Source: Balanoglossus misakiensis (Eukaryota; Animalia; Hemichordata). From it: a DNA stretch of 64,000 nucleotides. A program made the position numbers and the translations under genes. Shown piece by piece: positions 29,901 to 43,200 of this stretch. The DNA lies in assembly GCA_040954595.2 (NCBI GenBank), contig CM082588.2:10586844-10650843 (forward strand), given 5' to 3'. The notes beneath the pieces were generated by a model that was given only the letters and a program-made list of their open reading frames with translations, was not told where the DNA came from and ran no database searches. Each line of letters begins with the position of its first letter. Positions within the stretch are counted from its first letter, which is position 1.

Positions 29901-32900
29901 TCTCAAAATTTTGTCGATTTTTGAAAAAAATCATGGGTGAAAATAATCAAAAAATTACAAATTTTCGACTTTGCAAAATCTAAAAATTTTGTCGATTTTT
30001 GAAAAAAATCATGGGTGAAAATCATCAAAAAATGACAAATTTTCGACTATGCAAAATCTCAAAATTTAGTCGATTTTTGAAAAAAATCATGGGTTCGTTC
30101 AATTTTGAAAAAAAACATGGGTGAAAATCATCAAAAAATTACAAATTTTCGACTTTGCAAAATCTCAAAATTTTGTCGATTTTTGAAAAAAAATCATGGG
30201 TGAAAATCATTAATAAATGACAAATTTTCGACTTTGCAAAATCTCAAAATTTCGTCGATTTTTGAAAAAAAATCATGGGTGAAAATCATCAAAAAATTAC
30301 AAATTTTCGACTTTGCAAAATCTCAAAATTTCGTCGATTTTTGAGAAAAATCATGGGTGAAAATCATCAAAAAATGACAAATTTTCGACTTTGCAAAATC
30401 TCAAAATTTTGTCGATTTTTGAAAAAAAATCATGGGTTCGTTGATTTTTGAAAAAAAACATGGGTGAAAATCATCAAAAAATTACAAATTTTCGAATTTG
30501 CAAAATCTCAAAATTTCTTAAATTTTTGAAAAAAAGTCATGGGTGAAAATCATCAAAAAATTACAAATTTTCGTCTTTGCAAAATCTCAAAATTTCGTCG
30601 ATTTTTGAAAAAAAAAATCATGGGTAAAAATCATCAAAAAATTACAAATTTTCGACTTTGCAAAATCTAAAAATTTTGTCGATTTTTGAAAAAAATCATG
30701 GGTGAAAATCATCAAAAAATGACAAATTTTCGACTTTGCAAAATCTCAAAATTTCGTCGATTTTTGAAAAAAAATCATGGGTGAAAATCATCAAAAAATT
30801 ACAAATTTTCGACTTTGCAAAATCTCAAAATTTCGTAAATTTTTGAAAAAAAGTCATGGGTGAAAATCATCAAAAAATTACAAATTTTCGTCTTTGCAAA
30901 ATCACAAAATTTCGTCGATTTTTGAAAAAAAAAATCATGGGTAAAAATCATCAAAAAATTACAAATTTTCGACTTTGCAAAATCTAAAAATTTTGTCGAT
31001 TTTTGAAAAAAATCATGGGTGAAAATCATCAAAAAATGACAAATTTTCGTCTTTGCAAAATCTCAAAATTTCGTCCATTTTTGAATAAAAATCATGGGTG
31101 AAAATCATCAAAAAATGACACATTTTCGACTTTGCAAAATCTAAAAATTTCGTCGATTTTTGAAAAAAATCATGGTTGAAAATCATCAAAAAATGACAAA
31201 ATTTTCGACTTTGTAAAATCACAAAATTTCGTCGATTTTGAAAAAAATCATAGGTTCGTCGATTTCTAAAAAAAAACATGGGTGAAAATCATCAAAAAAT
31301 GACAAATTTTCGACTTTGCAAAATCTCAAAATTTCGTCGATTTTTGAAAAAAATCATGGGTGAAAATCATCAAAAAATGACAAATTTTCGACTTTGCAAA
31401 ATCTCAAAATTTTGTCGATTTTTGAAAAAAAATCATGGGTTCGTTGATTTTTGAAAAAAAACATGGGTGAAAATCATCAAAAAATTACAAATTTTCGACT
31501 TTGCAAAATCTCAAAATTTTGTCGATTTTTGAAAAAAAATCATGGGTGAAAATCATTAATAAATGACAAATTTTCGACTTTGCAAAATCTCAAAATTTCG
31601 TCGATTTTTGAAAAAAAATCATGGGTGAAAATCATCAAAAAATTACAAATTTTCGACTTTGCAAAATCTCAAAATTTCGTCGATTTTCGAGAAAAATCAT
31701 GGGTGAAAATCATCAAAAAATGACAAATTTTCGACTTTGCAAAAACTCAAAATTTTGTCGATTTTTGAAAAAAAATCATGGGTTCGTTGATTTTTGAAAA
31801 AAAACATGGGTGAAAATCATCAAAAAATTACAAATTTTCGAATTTGCAAAATCTCAAAATTTTGTCGATTTTTGAAAAAAATCATGGGTGAAAATAATCA
31901 AAAAATTACAAATTTTCGACTTTGCAAAATCTAAAAATTTTGTCGATTTTTGAAAAAAATCATGGGTGAAAATCATCAAAAAATGACAAATTTTCGACTT
32001 TGCAAAATCTCAAAATTTTGTCGATTTTTGAAAAAAAATCATGGGTTCGTTGATTTTTGAAAAAAAACATGGGTGAAAATCATCAAAAAATTACAAATTT
32101 TCGAATTTGCAAAATCTCAAAATTTTGTCGATTTTTGAAAAAAATCATGGGTGAAAATAATCAAAAAATTACAAATTTTCGACTTTGCAAAATCTAAAAA
32201 TTTTGTCGATTTTTGAAAAAAATCATGGGTGAAAATCATCAAAAAATGACAAATTTTCGACTATGCAAAATCTCAAAATTTAGTCGATTTTTGAAAAAAA
32301 TCATGGGTTCGTTCAATTTTGAAAAAAAACATGGGTGAAAATCATCAAAAAATTACAAATTTTCGACTTTGCAAAATCTCAAAATTTTGTCGATTTTTGA
32401 AAAAAAATCATGGGTGAAAATCATTAATAAATGACAAATTTTCGACTTTGCAAAATCTAAAAATTTTGTCGATTTTTGAAAAAAATCATGGGTGAAAATC
32501 ATCAAAAAATGACAAATTTTCGACTTTGCAAAATCTCAAAATTTTGTCGATTTTTGAAAAAAAATCATGGGTTCGTTGATTTTTGAAAAAAAACATGGGT
32601 GAAAATCATCAAAAAATTACAAATTTTCGAATTTGCAAAATCTCAAAATTTTGTCGATTTTTGAAAAAAATCATGGGTGAAAATAATCAAAAAATTACAA
32701 ATTTTCGACTTTGCAAAATCTAAAAATTTTGTCGATTTTTGAAAAAAATCATGGGTGAAAATCATCAAAAAATGACAAATTTTCGACTATGCAAAATCTC
32801 AAAATTTAGTCGATTTTTGAAAAAAATCATGGGTTCGTTCAATTTTGAAAAAAAACATGGGTGAAAATCATCAAAAAATTACAAATTTTCGACTTTGCAA

Positions 32901-35900
32901 AATCTCAAAATTTTGTCGATTTTTGAAAAAAAATCATGGGTGAAAATCATTAATAAATGACAAATTTTCGACTTTGCAAAATCTCAAAATTTCGTCGATT
33001 TTTGAAAAAAAATCATGGGTGAAAATCATCAAAAAATGACAAATTTTCGACTTTGCAAAATCTCAAAATTTCGTCGATTTTTGAGAAAAATCATGGGTGA
33101 AAATCATCAAAAAATGACAAATTTTCGACTTTGCAAAATCTCAAAATTTTGTCGATTTTTGAAAAAAAATCATGGGTTCGTTGATTTTTGAAAAAAAACA
33201 TGGGTGAAAATCATCAAAAAAGTACAAATTTTCGAATTTGCAAAATCTCAAAATTTCGTCGATTTTTGAAAAAAAAACATGGGTGAAAATCATCAAAAAA
33301 TGACAAATTTTCGACTTTGCAAAATCTCAAAATTTCGTAAATTTTTGAAAAAAAGTCATGGGTGAAAATCATCAAAAAATTACAAATTTTCGTCTTTGCA
33401 AAATCTCAAAATTTCGTCGAGTTTTGAAAAAAATCATGGGTGAAAATCATCAAAAAATGACAAATTTTCGACTTTGCAAAATCTCAAAATTTTGTCGATT
33501 TTTGAAAAAAAATCATGGGTTCGTTGATTTTTTAAAAAAAACATGGGTGAAAATCATCAAAAAATTACAAATTTTCGAATTTGCAAAATCTCAAAATTTC
33601 GTCGATTTTTGAAAAAAAAACATGGGTGAAAATCATCAAAAAATGACAAATTTTCGACTTTGCAAAATCTCAAAATTTCGTAAATTTTTGAAAAAAAGTC
33701 ATGGGTGAAAATCATCAAAAAATTACAAATTTTCGTCTTTGCAAATCTCAAAATTTCGTCGATTTTTGAAAAAAATCATGGGTGAAAATCATCAAAAAAT
33801 GACAAATTTTCGACTTTGCAAAATCTCAAAATTTTGTCGATTTTTGAAAAAAAATCATGGGTTCGTTGATTTTTGAAAAAAAACATGGGTGAAAATCATC
33901 AAAAAATTACAAATTTTCGAATTTGCAAAATCTCAAAATTTCGTCGATTTTTGAAAAAAAACATGGGTGAAAATCATCAAAAAATGACAAATTTTCGACT
34001 TTGCAAAATCTCAAAATTTCGTAAATTTTTGAAAAAAAGTCATGGGTGAAAATCATCAAAAAATTACAAATTTTCGTCTTTGCAAAATCTCAAAATTTCG
34101 TCGATTTTTGAAAAAAAAAATCATGGGTAAAAATCATCAAAAAATAACAAATTTTCGACTTTGCAAAATCTAAAAATTTTGTCGATTTTTGAAAAAAATC
34201 ATGGGTGAAAATCATCAAAAAATGACAAATTTTCGACTTTGCAAAATCTCAAAATTTCGTCGATTTTTGAAAAAAATCATGGGTTCGTTCAATTTTGAAA
34301 AAAAACATGGGTGAAAATCATCAAAAAATTACAAATTTTCGACTTTGCAAAATCTCAAAATTTTGTCGATTTTTGAAAAAAAATCATGGGTGAAAATCAT
34401 TAATAAATGACAAATTTTCGACTTTGCAAAATCTCAAAATTTCGTCGATTTTTGAAAAAAAATCATGGGTGAAAATCATCAAAAAATTACAAATTTTCGA
34501 CTTTGCAAAATCTCAAAATTTCGTCGATTTTCGAGAAAAATCATGGGTGAAAATCATCAAAAAATGACAAATTTTCGACTTTGCAAAAACTCAAAATTTT
34601 GTCGATTTTTGAAAAAAATCATGGGTTCGTTCAATTTTGAAAAAAAACATGGGTGAAAATCATCAAAAAATTACAAATTTTCGACTTTGCAAAATCTCAA
34701 AATTTTGTCGATTTTTGAAAAAAAATCATGGGTGAAAATCATTAATAAATGACAAATTTTCGACTTTGCAAAATCTAAAAATTTTGTCGATTTTTGAAAA
34801 AAATCATGGGTGAAAATCATCAAAAAATGACAAATTTTCGACTTTGCAAAATCTCAAAATTTTGTCGATTTTTGAAAAAAAATCATGGGTTCGTTGATTT
34901 TTGAAAAAAAACATGGGTGAAAATCATCAAAAAATTACAAATTTTCGAATTTGCAAAATCTCAAAATTTTGTCGATTTTTGAAAAAAATCATGGGTGAAA
35001 ATAATCAAAAAATTACAAATTTTCGACTTTGCAAAATCTAAAAATTTTGTCGATTTTTGAAAAAAATCATGGGTGAAAATCATCAAAAAATGACAAATTT
35101 TCGACTATGCAAAATCTCAAAATTTAGTCGATTTTTGAAAAAAATCATGGGTTCGTTCAATTTTGAAAAAAAACATGGGTGAAAATCATCAAAAAATTAC
35201 AAATTTTCGACTTTGCAAAATCTCAAAATTTTGTCGATTTTTGAAAAAAAATCATGGGTGAAAATCATTAATAAATGACAAATTTTCGACTTTGCAAAAT
35301 CTCAAAATTTCGTCGATTTTTGAAAAAAAATCATGGGTGAAAATCATCAAAAAATTACAAATTTTCGACTTTGCAAAATCTCAAAATTTCGTCGATTTTT
35401 GAGAAAAATCATGGGTGAAAATCATCAAAAAATGACAAATTTTCGACTTTGCAAAATCTCAAAATTTTGTCGATTTTTGAAAAAAAATCATGGGTTCGTT
35501 GATTTTTGAAAAAAAACATGGGTGAAAATCATCAAAAAATTACAAATTTTCGAATTTGCAAAATCTCAAAATTTCTTAAATTTTTGAAAAAAAGTCATGG
35601 GTGAAAATCATCAAAAAATTACAAATTTTCGTCTTTGCAAAATCTCAAAATTTCGTCGATTTTTGAAAAAAAAAATCATGGGTAAAAATCATCAAAAAAT
35701 TACAAATTTTCGACTTTGCAAAATCTAAAAATTTTGTCGATTTTTGAAAAAAATCATGGGTGAAAATCATCAAAAAATGACAAATTTTCGACTTTGCAAA
35801 ATCTCAAAATTTCGTCGATTTTTGAAAAAAAATCATGGGTGAAAATCATCAAAAAATTACAAATTTTCGACTTTGCAAAATCTCAAAATTTCGTAAATTT

Positions 35901-36400
35901 TTGAAAAAAAGTCATGGGTGAAAATCATCAAAAAATTACAAATTTTCGTCTTTGCAAAATCACAAAATTTCGTCGATTTTTGAAAAAAAAAATCATGGGT
36001 AAAAATCATCAAAAAATTACAAATTTTCGACTTTGCAAAATCTAAAAATTTTGTCGATTTTTGAAAAAAATCATGGGTGAAAATCATCAAAAAATGACAA
36101 ATTTTCGTCTTTGCAAAATCTCAAAATTTCGTCCATTTTTGAATAAAAATCATGGGTGAAAATCATCAAAAAATGACACATTTTCGACTTTGCAAAATCT
36201 AAAAATTTCGTCGATTTTTGAAAAAAATCATGGTTGAAAATCATCAAAAAATGACAAAATTTTCGACTTTGTAAAATCACAAAATTTCGTCGATTTTGAA
36301 AAAAATCATAGGTTCGTCGATTTCTAAAAAAAAACATGGGTGAAAATCATCAAAAAATGACAAATTTTCGACTTTGCAAAATCTCAAAATTTCGTCGATT
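17950..36400 (+). repeat. Higher-order repeat block with variable period (2845, 3665, 3506, ~5058 bp); boundaries approximate
   Basis: The GTCGAGTTTT landmark ORF recurs at 18283, 21128, 24793, 28299, 33358. A second landmark ORF recurs at 23628, 27134, 30799, 35857. Confidence 0.85.
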
Positions 36401-39400
36401 TTTGAAAAAAATCATGGGTGAAAATCATCAAAAAATGACAAATTTTCGACTTCGCAAAATCTCAAAATTTCGTCAATTTTTGAAAAAATCAGGGGTAAAA
36501 ATCATCAAAAAATGACAAATTTTCGTCTTTGCTAAATCTCAAAATTTCGTCGGTTTTTGAAAAATAATATGGGTGAAAATCATCAAAAAATGACAAATTT
36601 TCGACTTTGCAAAATCTCAAAATTTCGTCCATTTTTGAAAAAAAATCATGGGTAAAAATCATCAAAAAATGACAAATTTTCGTCTTTGCAAAATCTCAAA
36701 ATTTCTTCCATTTAAAAAAAAAAGCATGGGGGAAAATCATCAAAAAATGACAAATTTTCGTCTTTGCAAAATCTCAAAATTTCGTCCATTTAAAAAAAAA
36801 AACATGGGTGAAAATCATCAAAAAATGACAAATTTTTGACTTTTCAAAATCTCACAATTTTCTCCGATTTTTGAAAAAAATCATGGGTGAAAATCATCAA
36901 AAAATGACAAATTATCGACTTTGCAAAATCTCAAAATTTCGTCGATTTTGAAAAAAACCATTGGGGGAAAATCATCAAAAAATGACAAATTATCGACTTT
37001 GCAAAATCTCAAAATTTCGTCCATTTTAAAAAAAAAACATGGGGGAAAATCATCAAAAAATGACAAATTTTCGACTTTGCAAAATCTCAAAATTTCGTCG
37101 ATTTTGAAAAAAAACATTGGGGGAAAATCATCAAAAAATGACAAATTATCGACTTTGCACAATCTCACAATTTCGTCGATTTTTGAAAAAAATCATGGGT
37201 GAAAATCATCAAAAAATTACAAATTTTCGACTTTGCAAAATCTCAAAATTTAGTCGATTTTTGAAAAAAATCATGGGTTCGTTCAATTTTGAAAAAAAAC
37301 ATGGGTGAAAATCATCAAAAAATTACAAATTTTCGACTTTGCAAAATCTCAAAATTTTGTCGATTTTTGAAAAAAAATCATGGGTGAAAATCATTAATAA
37401 ATGACAAATTTTCGACTTTGCAAAATCTCAAAATTTCGTCGATTTTTGAAAAAAAATCATGGGTGAAAATCATCAAAAAATTACAAATTTTCGACTTTGC
37501 AAAATCTCAAAATTTCGTCGATTTTTGAGAAAAATCATGGGTGAAAATCATCAAAAAATGACAAATTTTCGACTTTGCAAAATCTCAAAATTTTGTCGAT
37601 TTTTGAAAAAAAATCATGGGTTCGTTGATTTTTGAAAAAAAACATGGGTGAAAATCATCAAAAAATTACAAATTTTCGAATTTGCAAAATCTCAAAATTT
37701 CTTAAATTTTTGAAAAAAAGTCATGGGTGAAAATCATCAAAAAATTACAAATTTTCGTCTTTGCAAAATCTCAAAATTTCGTCGATTTTTGAAAAAAAAA
37801 ATCATGGGTAAAAATCATCAAAAAATTACAAATTTTCGACTTTGCAAAATCTAAAAATTTTGTCGATTTTTGAAAAAAATCATGGGTGAAAATCATCAAA
37901 AAATGACAAATTTTCGACTTTGCAAAATCTCAAAATTTCGTAGATTTTTGAAAAAAAAAAATCATGGGTAAAAATCATCAAAAAATTACAAATTTTCGAC
38001 TTTGCAAAATCTAAAAATTTTGTCGATTTTTGAAAACAATCATGGGTGAAAATCATCAAAAAATGACAAATTTTCGACTTTGCAAAATCTCAAAATTTTG
38101 TCGATTTTTGAAAACAATCATGGGTGAAAATCATCAAAAAATGACAAATTTTCGACTTTGCAAAATCTCAAAATTTTGTCGATTTTTGAAAAAAAATCAT
38201 GGGTGAAAATCATTAATAAATGACAAATTTTCGACTTTGCAAAATCTCAAAATTTCGTCGATTTTTGAAAAAAAATCATGGGTGAAAATCATCAAAAAAT
38301 TACAAATTTTCGACTTTGCAAAATCTCAAAATTTCGTCGATTTTTGAGAAAAATCATGGGTGAAAATCATCAAAAAATTACAAATTTTCGACTTTGCAAA
38401 ATCTCAAAATTTCGTCGATTTTTGAAAAAAAATCATGGGTGAAAATCATCAAAAAATTACAAATTTTCGACTTTGCAAAATCTCAAAATTTCGTAAATTT
38501 TTGAAAAAAAGTCATGGGTGAAAATCATCAAAAAATTACAAATTTTCGTCTTTGCAAAATCACAAAATTTCGTCGATTTTTGAAAAAAAAAATCTTGGGT
38601 AAAAATCATCAAAAAATTACAAATTTTCGACTTTGCAAAATCTAAAAATTTTGTCGATTTTTGAAAAAAATCATGGGTGAAAATCATCAAAAAATGACAA
38701 ATTTTCGTCTTTGCAAAATCTCAAAATTTCGTCCATTTTTGAATAAAAATCATGGGTGAAAATCATCAAAAAATGACACATTTTCGACTTTGCAAAATCT
38801 AAAAATTTCGTCGATTTTTGAAAAAAATCATGGTTGAAAATCATCAAAAAATGACAAAATTTTCGACTTTGTAAAATCACAAAATTTCGTCGATTTTGAA
38901 AAAAATCATAGGTTCGTCGATTTCTAAAAAAAAACATGGGTGAAAATCATCAAAAAATGACAAATTTTCGACTTTGCAAAATCTCAAAATTTCGTCGATT
39001 TTTGAAAAAAATCATGGGTGAAAATCATCAAAAAATGACAAATTTTCGACTTCGCAAAATCTCAAAATTTCGTCAATTTTTGAAAAAATCAGGGGTAAAA
39101 ATCATCAAAAAATGACAAATTTTCGTCTTTGCTAAATCTCAAAATTTCGTCGGTTTTTGAAAAATAATATGGGTGAAAATCATCAAAAAATGACAAATTT
39201 TCGACTTTGCAAAATCTCAAAATTTCGTCCATTTTTGAAAAAAAATCATGGGTAAAAATCATCAAAAAATGACAAATTTTCGTCTTTGCAAAATCTCAAA
39301 ATTTCTTCCATTTAAAAAAAAAAGCATGGGGGAAAATCATCAAAAAATGACAAATTTTTGACTTTTCAAAATCTCACAATTTCGTCGATTTTTGAAAAAA

Positions 39401-40295
39401 ATCATGGGTGAAAATCATCAAAAAATGACAAATTATCGACTTTGCAAAATCTCAAAATTTCGTCCATTTAAAAAAAAAAACATGGGTGAAAATCATCAAA
39501 AAATGACAAATTTTTGACTTTTCAAAATCTCACAATTTCGTCGATTTTTGAAAAAAATCATGGGTGAAAATCATCAAAAAATGACAAATTATCGACTTTG
39601 CAAAATCTCAAAATTTCGTCGATTTTGAAAAAAACCATTGGGGGAAAATCATCAAAAAATGACAAATTATCGACTTTGCAAAATCTCAAAATTTCGTCCA
39701 TTTAAAAAAAAAAACATGGGGGAAAATCATCAAAAAATGACAAATTTTCGACTTTGCAAAATCTCAAAATTTCGTCGATTTTGAAAAAAAACATTGGGGG
39801 AAAATCATCAAAAAATTACAAATTTTCGACTTTGCAAAATCTCAAAATTTCGTCGATTTTTGAAAAAAAATCATGGGTGAAAATCATCAAAAAATAACAA
39901 ATTTTCGACTTTGCAAAATCTCAAAATTTTGTCGATTTTTGAAAAAAAATCATGGGTTCGTTGATTTTTGAAAAAAAACATGGGTGAAAATCATGAAAAA
40001 ATTACAAATTTTCGAATTTGCAAAATCACAAAATTTCGTCGATTTTTGAAAAAAAAAAACATGGGTGAAAATCATCAAAAAATTACAAATTTTCGACTTT
40101 GCAAAATCTCAAAATTTCGTAAATTTTTGAAAAAAAGTCATGGGTGAAAATCATCAAAAAATTACAAATTTTCGTCTTTGCAAAATCTCAAAATTTCGTC
40201 GATTTTTGAAAAAAAAATCATGGGTAAAAATCATCAAAAAATTACAAATTTTCGACTTTGCAAAATCTAAAAATTTTGTCGATTTTTGAAAAAAA

Positions 40296-43200
40296 TCATG
40301 GGTGAAAATCATCAAAAAATGACAAATTTTCGTCTTTGCAAAATCTCAAAATTTCGTCCATTTTTGAATAAAAATCATGGGTGAAAATCATCAAAAAATG
40401 ACACATTTTCGACTTTGCAAAATCTAAAAATTTCGTCGATTTTTGAAAAAAATCATGGTTGAAAATCATCAAAAAATGACAAAATTTTCGACTTTGTAAA
40501 ATCACAAAATTTCGTCGATTTTGAAAAAAATCATAGGTTCGTCGATTTCTAAAAAAAAACATGGGTGAAAATCATCAAAAAATGACAAATTTTCGACTTT
40601 GCAAAATCTCAAAATTTCGTCGATTTTTGAAAAAAATCATGGGTGAAAATCATCAAAAAATGACAAATTTTCGACTTCGCAAAATCTCAAAATTTCGTCA
40701 ATTTTTGAAAAAATCAGGGGTAAAAATCATCAAAAAATGACAAATTTTCGTCTTTGCTAAATCTCAATATTTCGTCGGTTTTTGAAAAATAATATGGGTG
40801 AAAATCATCAAAAAATGACAAATTTTCGACTTTGCAAAATCTCACAATTTCGTCGATTTTTGAAAAAAATCATGGGTGAAAATCATCAAAAAATGACAAA
40901 TTATCGACTTTGCAAAATCTCAAAATTTCGTCGATTTTGAAAAAAACCATTGGGGGAAAATCATCAAAAAATGACAAATTATCGACTTTGCAAAATCTCA
41001 AAATTTCGTCCATTTTAAAAAAAAAACATGGGGGAAAATCATCAAAAAATGACAAATTTTCGACTTTGCAAAATCTCAAAATTTCGTCGATTTTGAAAAA
41101 AAACATTGGGGGAAAATCATCAAAAAATGACAAATTATCGACTTTGCACAATCTCACAATTTCGTCGATTTTTGAAAAAAATCATGGGTGAAAATCATCA
41201 AAAAATTACAAATTTTCGACTTTGCAAAATCTCAACATTTCGTCGATTTTTGAAAAAAATCATGGGTGAAAATCATCAAAAAATGACAAATTTTCGACTT
41301 TGCAAAATCTCACAATTTCGTCGATTTTTGAAAAAAATCATGGGTGAAAATCATCAAAAAATGACAAATTTTCGACTTTGCAAATTCTCAAAATTTCGTC
41401 GATTTTAAAAAAAAACATGGGGGAAAATCATCAAAAAATGACAAATTATCGACTTTGCACAATCTCACAATTTCGTCGATTTTTGAAAAAAATCATGGGT
41501 GAAAATCATCAAAAAATTACAAATTTTCGACTTTGCAAAATCTCAACATTTCGTCGATTTTTGAAAAAAATCATGGGTGAAAATCATCAAAAAATGACAA
41601 ATTTTCGACTTTGCAAAATCTCACAATTTCGTCGATTTTTGAAAAAAATCATGGGTGAAAATCATCAAAAAATTACAAATTTTCGACTTTGCAAAATCTC
41701 AACATTTCGTCGATTTTTGAAAAAAATCATGGGTGAAAATCATCAAAAAATTACAAATTTTCGACTTTGCAAAATCTCAAAATTTCGTCGATTTTTGAAA
41801 AAAAATCATGGGTGAAAATCATCAAAAAATTACAAATTTTCGACTTTGCAAAATCTCAAAATTTTGTCGATTTTTGAAAAAAAATCATGGGTTCGTTGAT
41901 TTTTGAAAAAAAACATGGGTGAAAATCATGAAAAAATTACAAATTTTCGAATTTGCAAAATCACAAAATTTCGTCGATTTTTGAAAAAAAAAACATGGGT
42001 GAAAATCATCAAAAAATTACAAATTTTCGACTTTGCAAAATCTCAAAATTTCGTAAATTTTTGAAAAAAAGTCATGGGTGAAAATCATCAAAAAATTACA
42101 AATTTTCGTCTTTGCAAAATCTCAAAATTTCGTCGATTTTTGAAAAAAAAAATCATGGGTAAAAATCATCAAAAAATTACAAATTTTCGACTTTGCAAAA
42201 TCTAAAAATTTTGTCGATTTTTGAAAAAAATCATGGGTGAAAATCATCAAAAAATGACAAATTTTCGTCTTTGCAAAATCTCAAAATTTCGTCCATTTTT
42301 GAATAAAAATCATGGGTGAAAATCATCAAAAAATGACACATTTTCGACTTTGCAAAATCTAAAAATTTCGTCGATTTTTGAAAAAAATCATGGTTGAAAA
42401 TCATCAAAAAATGACAAAATTTTCGACTTTGTAAAATCACAAAATTTCGTCGATTTTGAAAAAAATCATAGGTTCGTCGATTTTTGAAAAAAATCATGGG
42501 TGAAAATCATCAAAAAATGACAAATTTTCGTCTTTGCAAAATCTCAAAATTTCGTCCATTTTTGAATAAAAATCATGGGTGAAAATCATCAAAAAATGAC
42601 ACATTTTCGACTTTGCAAAATCTAAAAATTTCGTCGATTTTTGAAAAAAATCATGGTTGAAAATCATCAAAAAATGACAAAATTTTCGACTTTGTAAAAT
42701 CACAAAATTTCGTCGATTTTGAAAAAAATCATAGGTTCGTCGATTTCTAAAAAAAAACATGGGTGAAAATCATCAAAAAATGACAAATTTTCGACTTTGC
42801 AAAATCTCAAAATTTCGTCGATTTTTGAAAAAAATCATGGGTGAAAATCATCAAAAAATGACAAATTTTCGACTTCGCAAAATCTCAAAATTTCGTCAAT
42901 TTTTGAAAAAATCAGGGGTAAAAATCATCAAAAAATGACAAATTTTTGTCTTTGCTAAATCTCAATATTTCGTCGGTTTTTGAAAAATAATATGGGTGAA
43001 AATCATCAAAAAATGACAAATTTTCGACTTTGCAAAATCTCACAATTTCGTCGATTTTTGAAAAAAATCATGGGTGAAAATCATCAAAAAATGACAAATT
43101 ATCGACTTTGCAAAATCTCAAAATTTCGTCGATTTTGAAAAAAACCATTGGGGGAAAATCATCAAAAAATGACAAATTATCGACTTTGCAAAATCTCAAA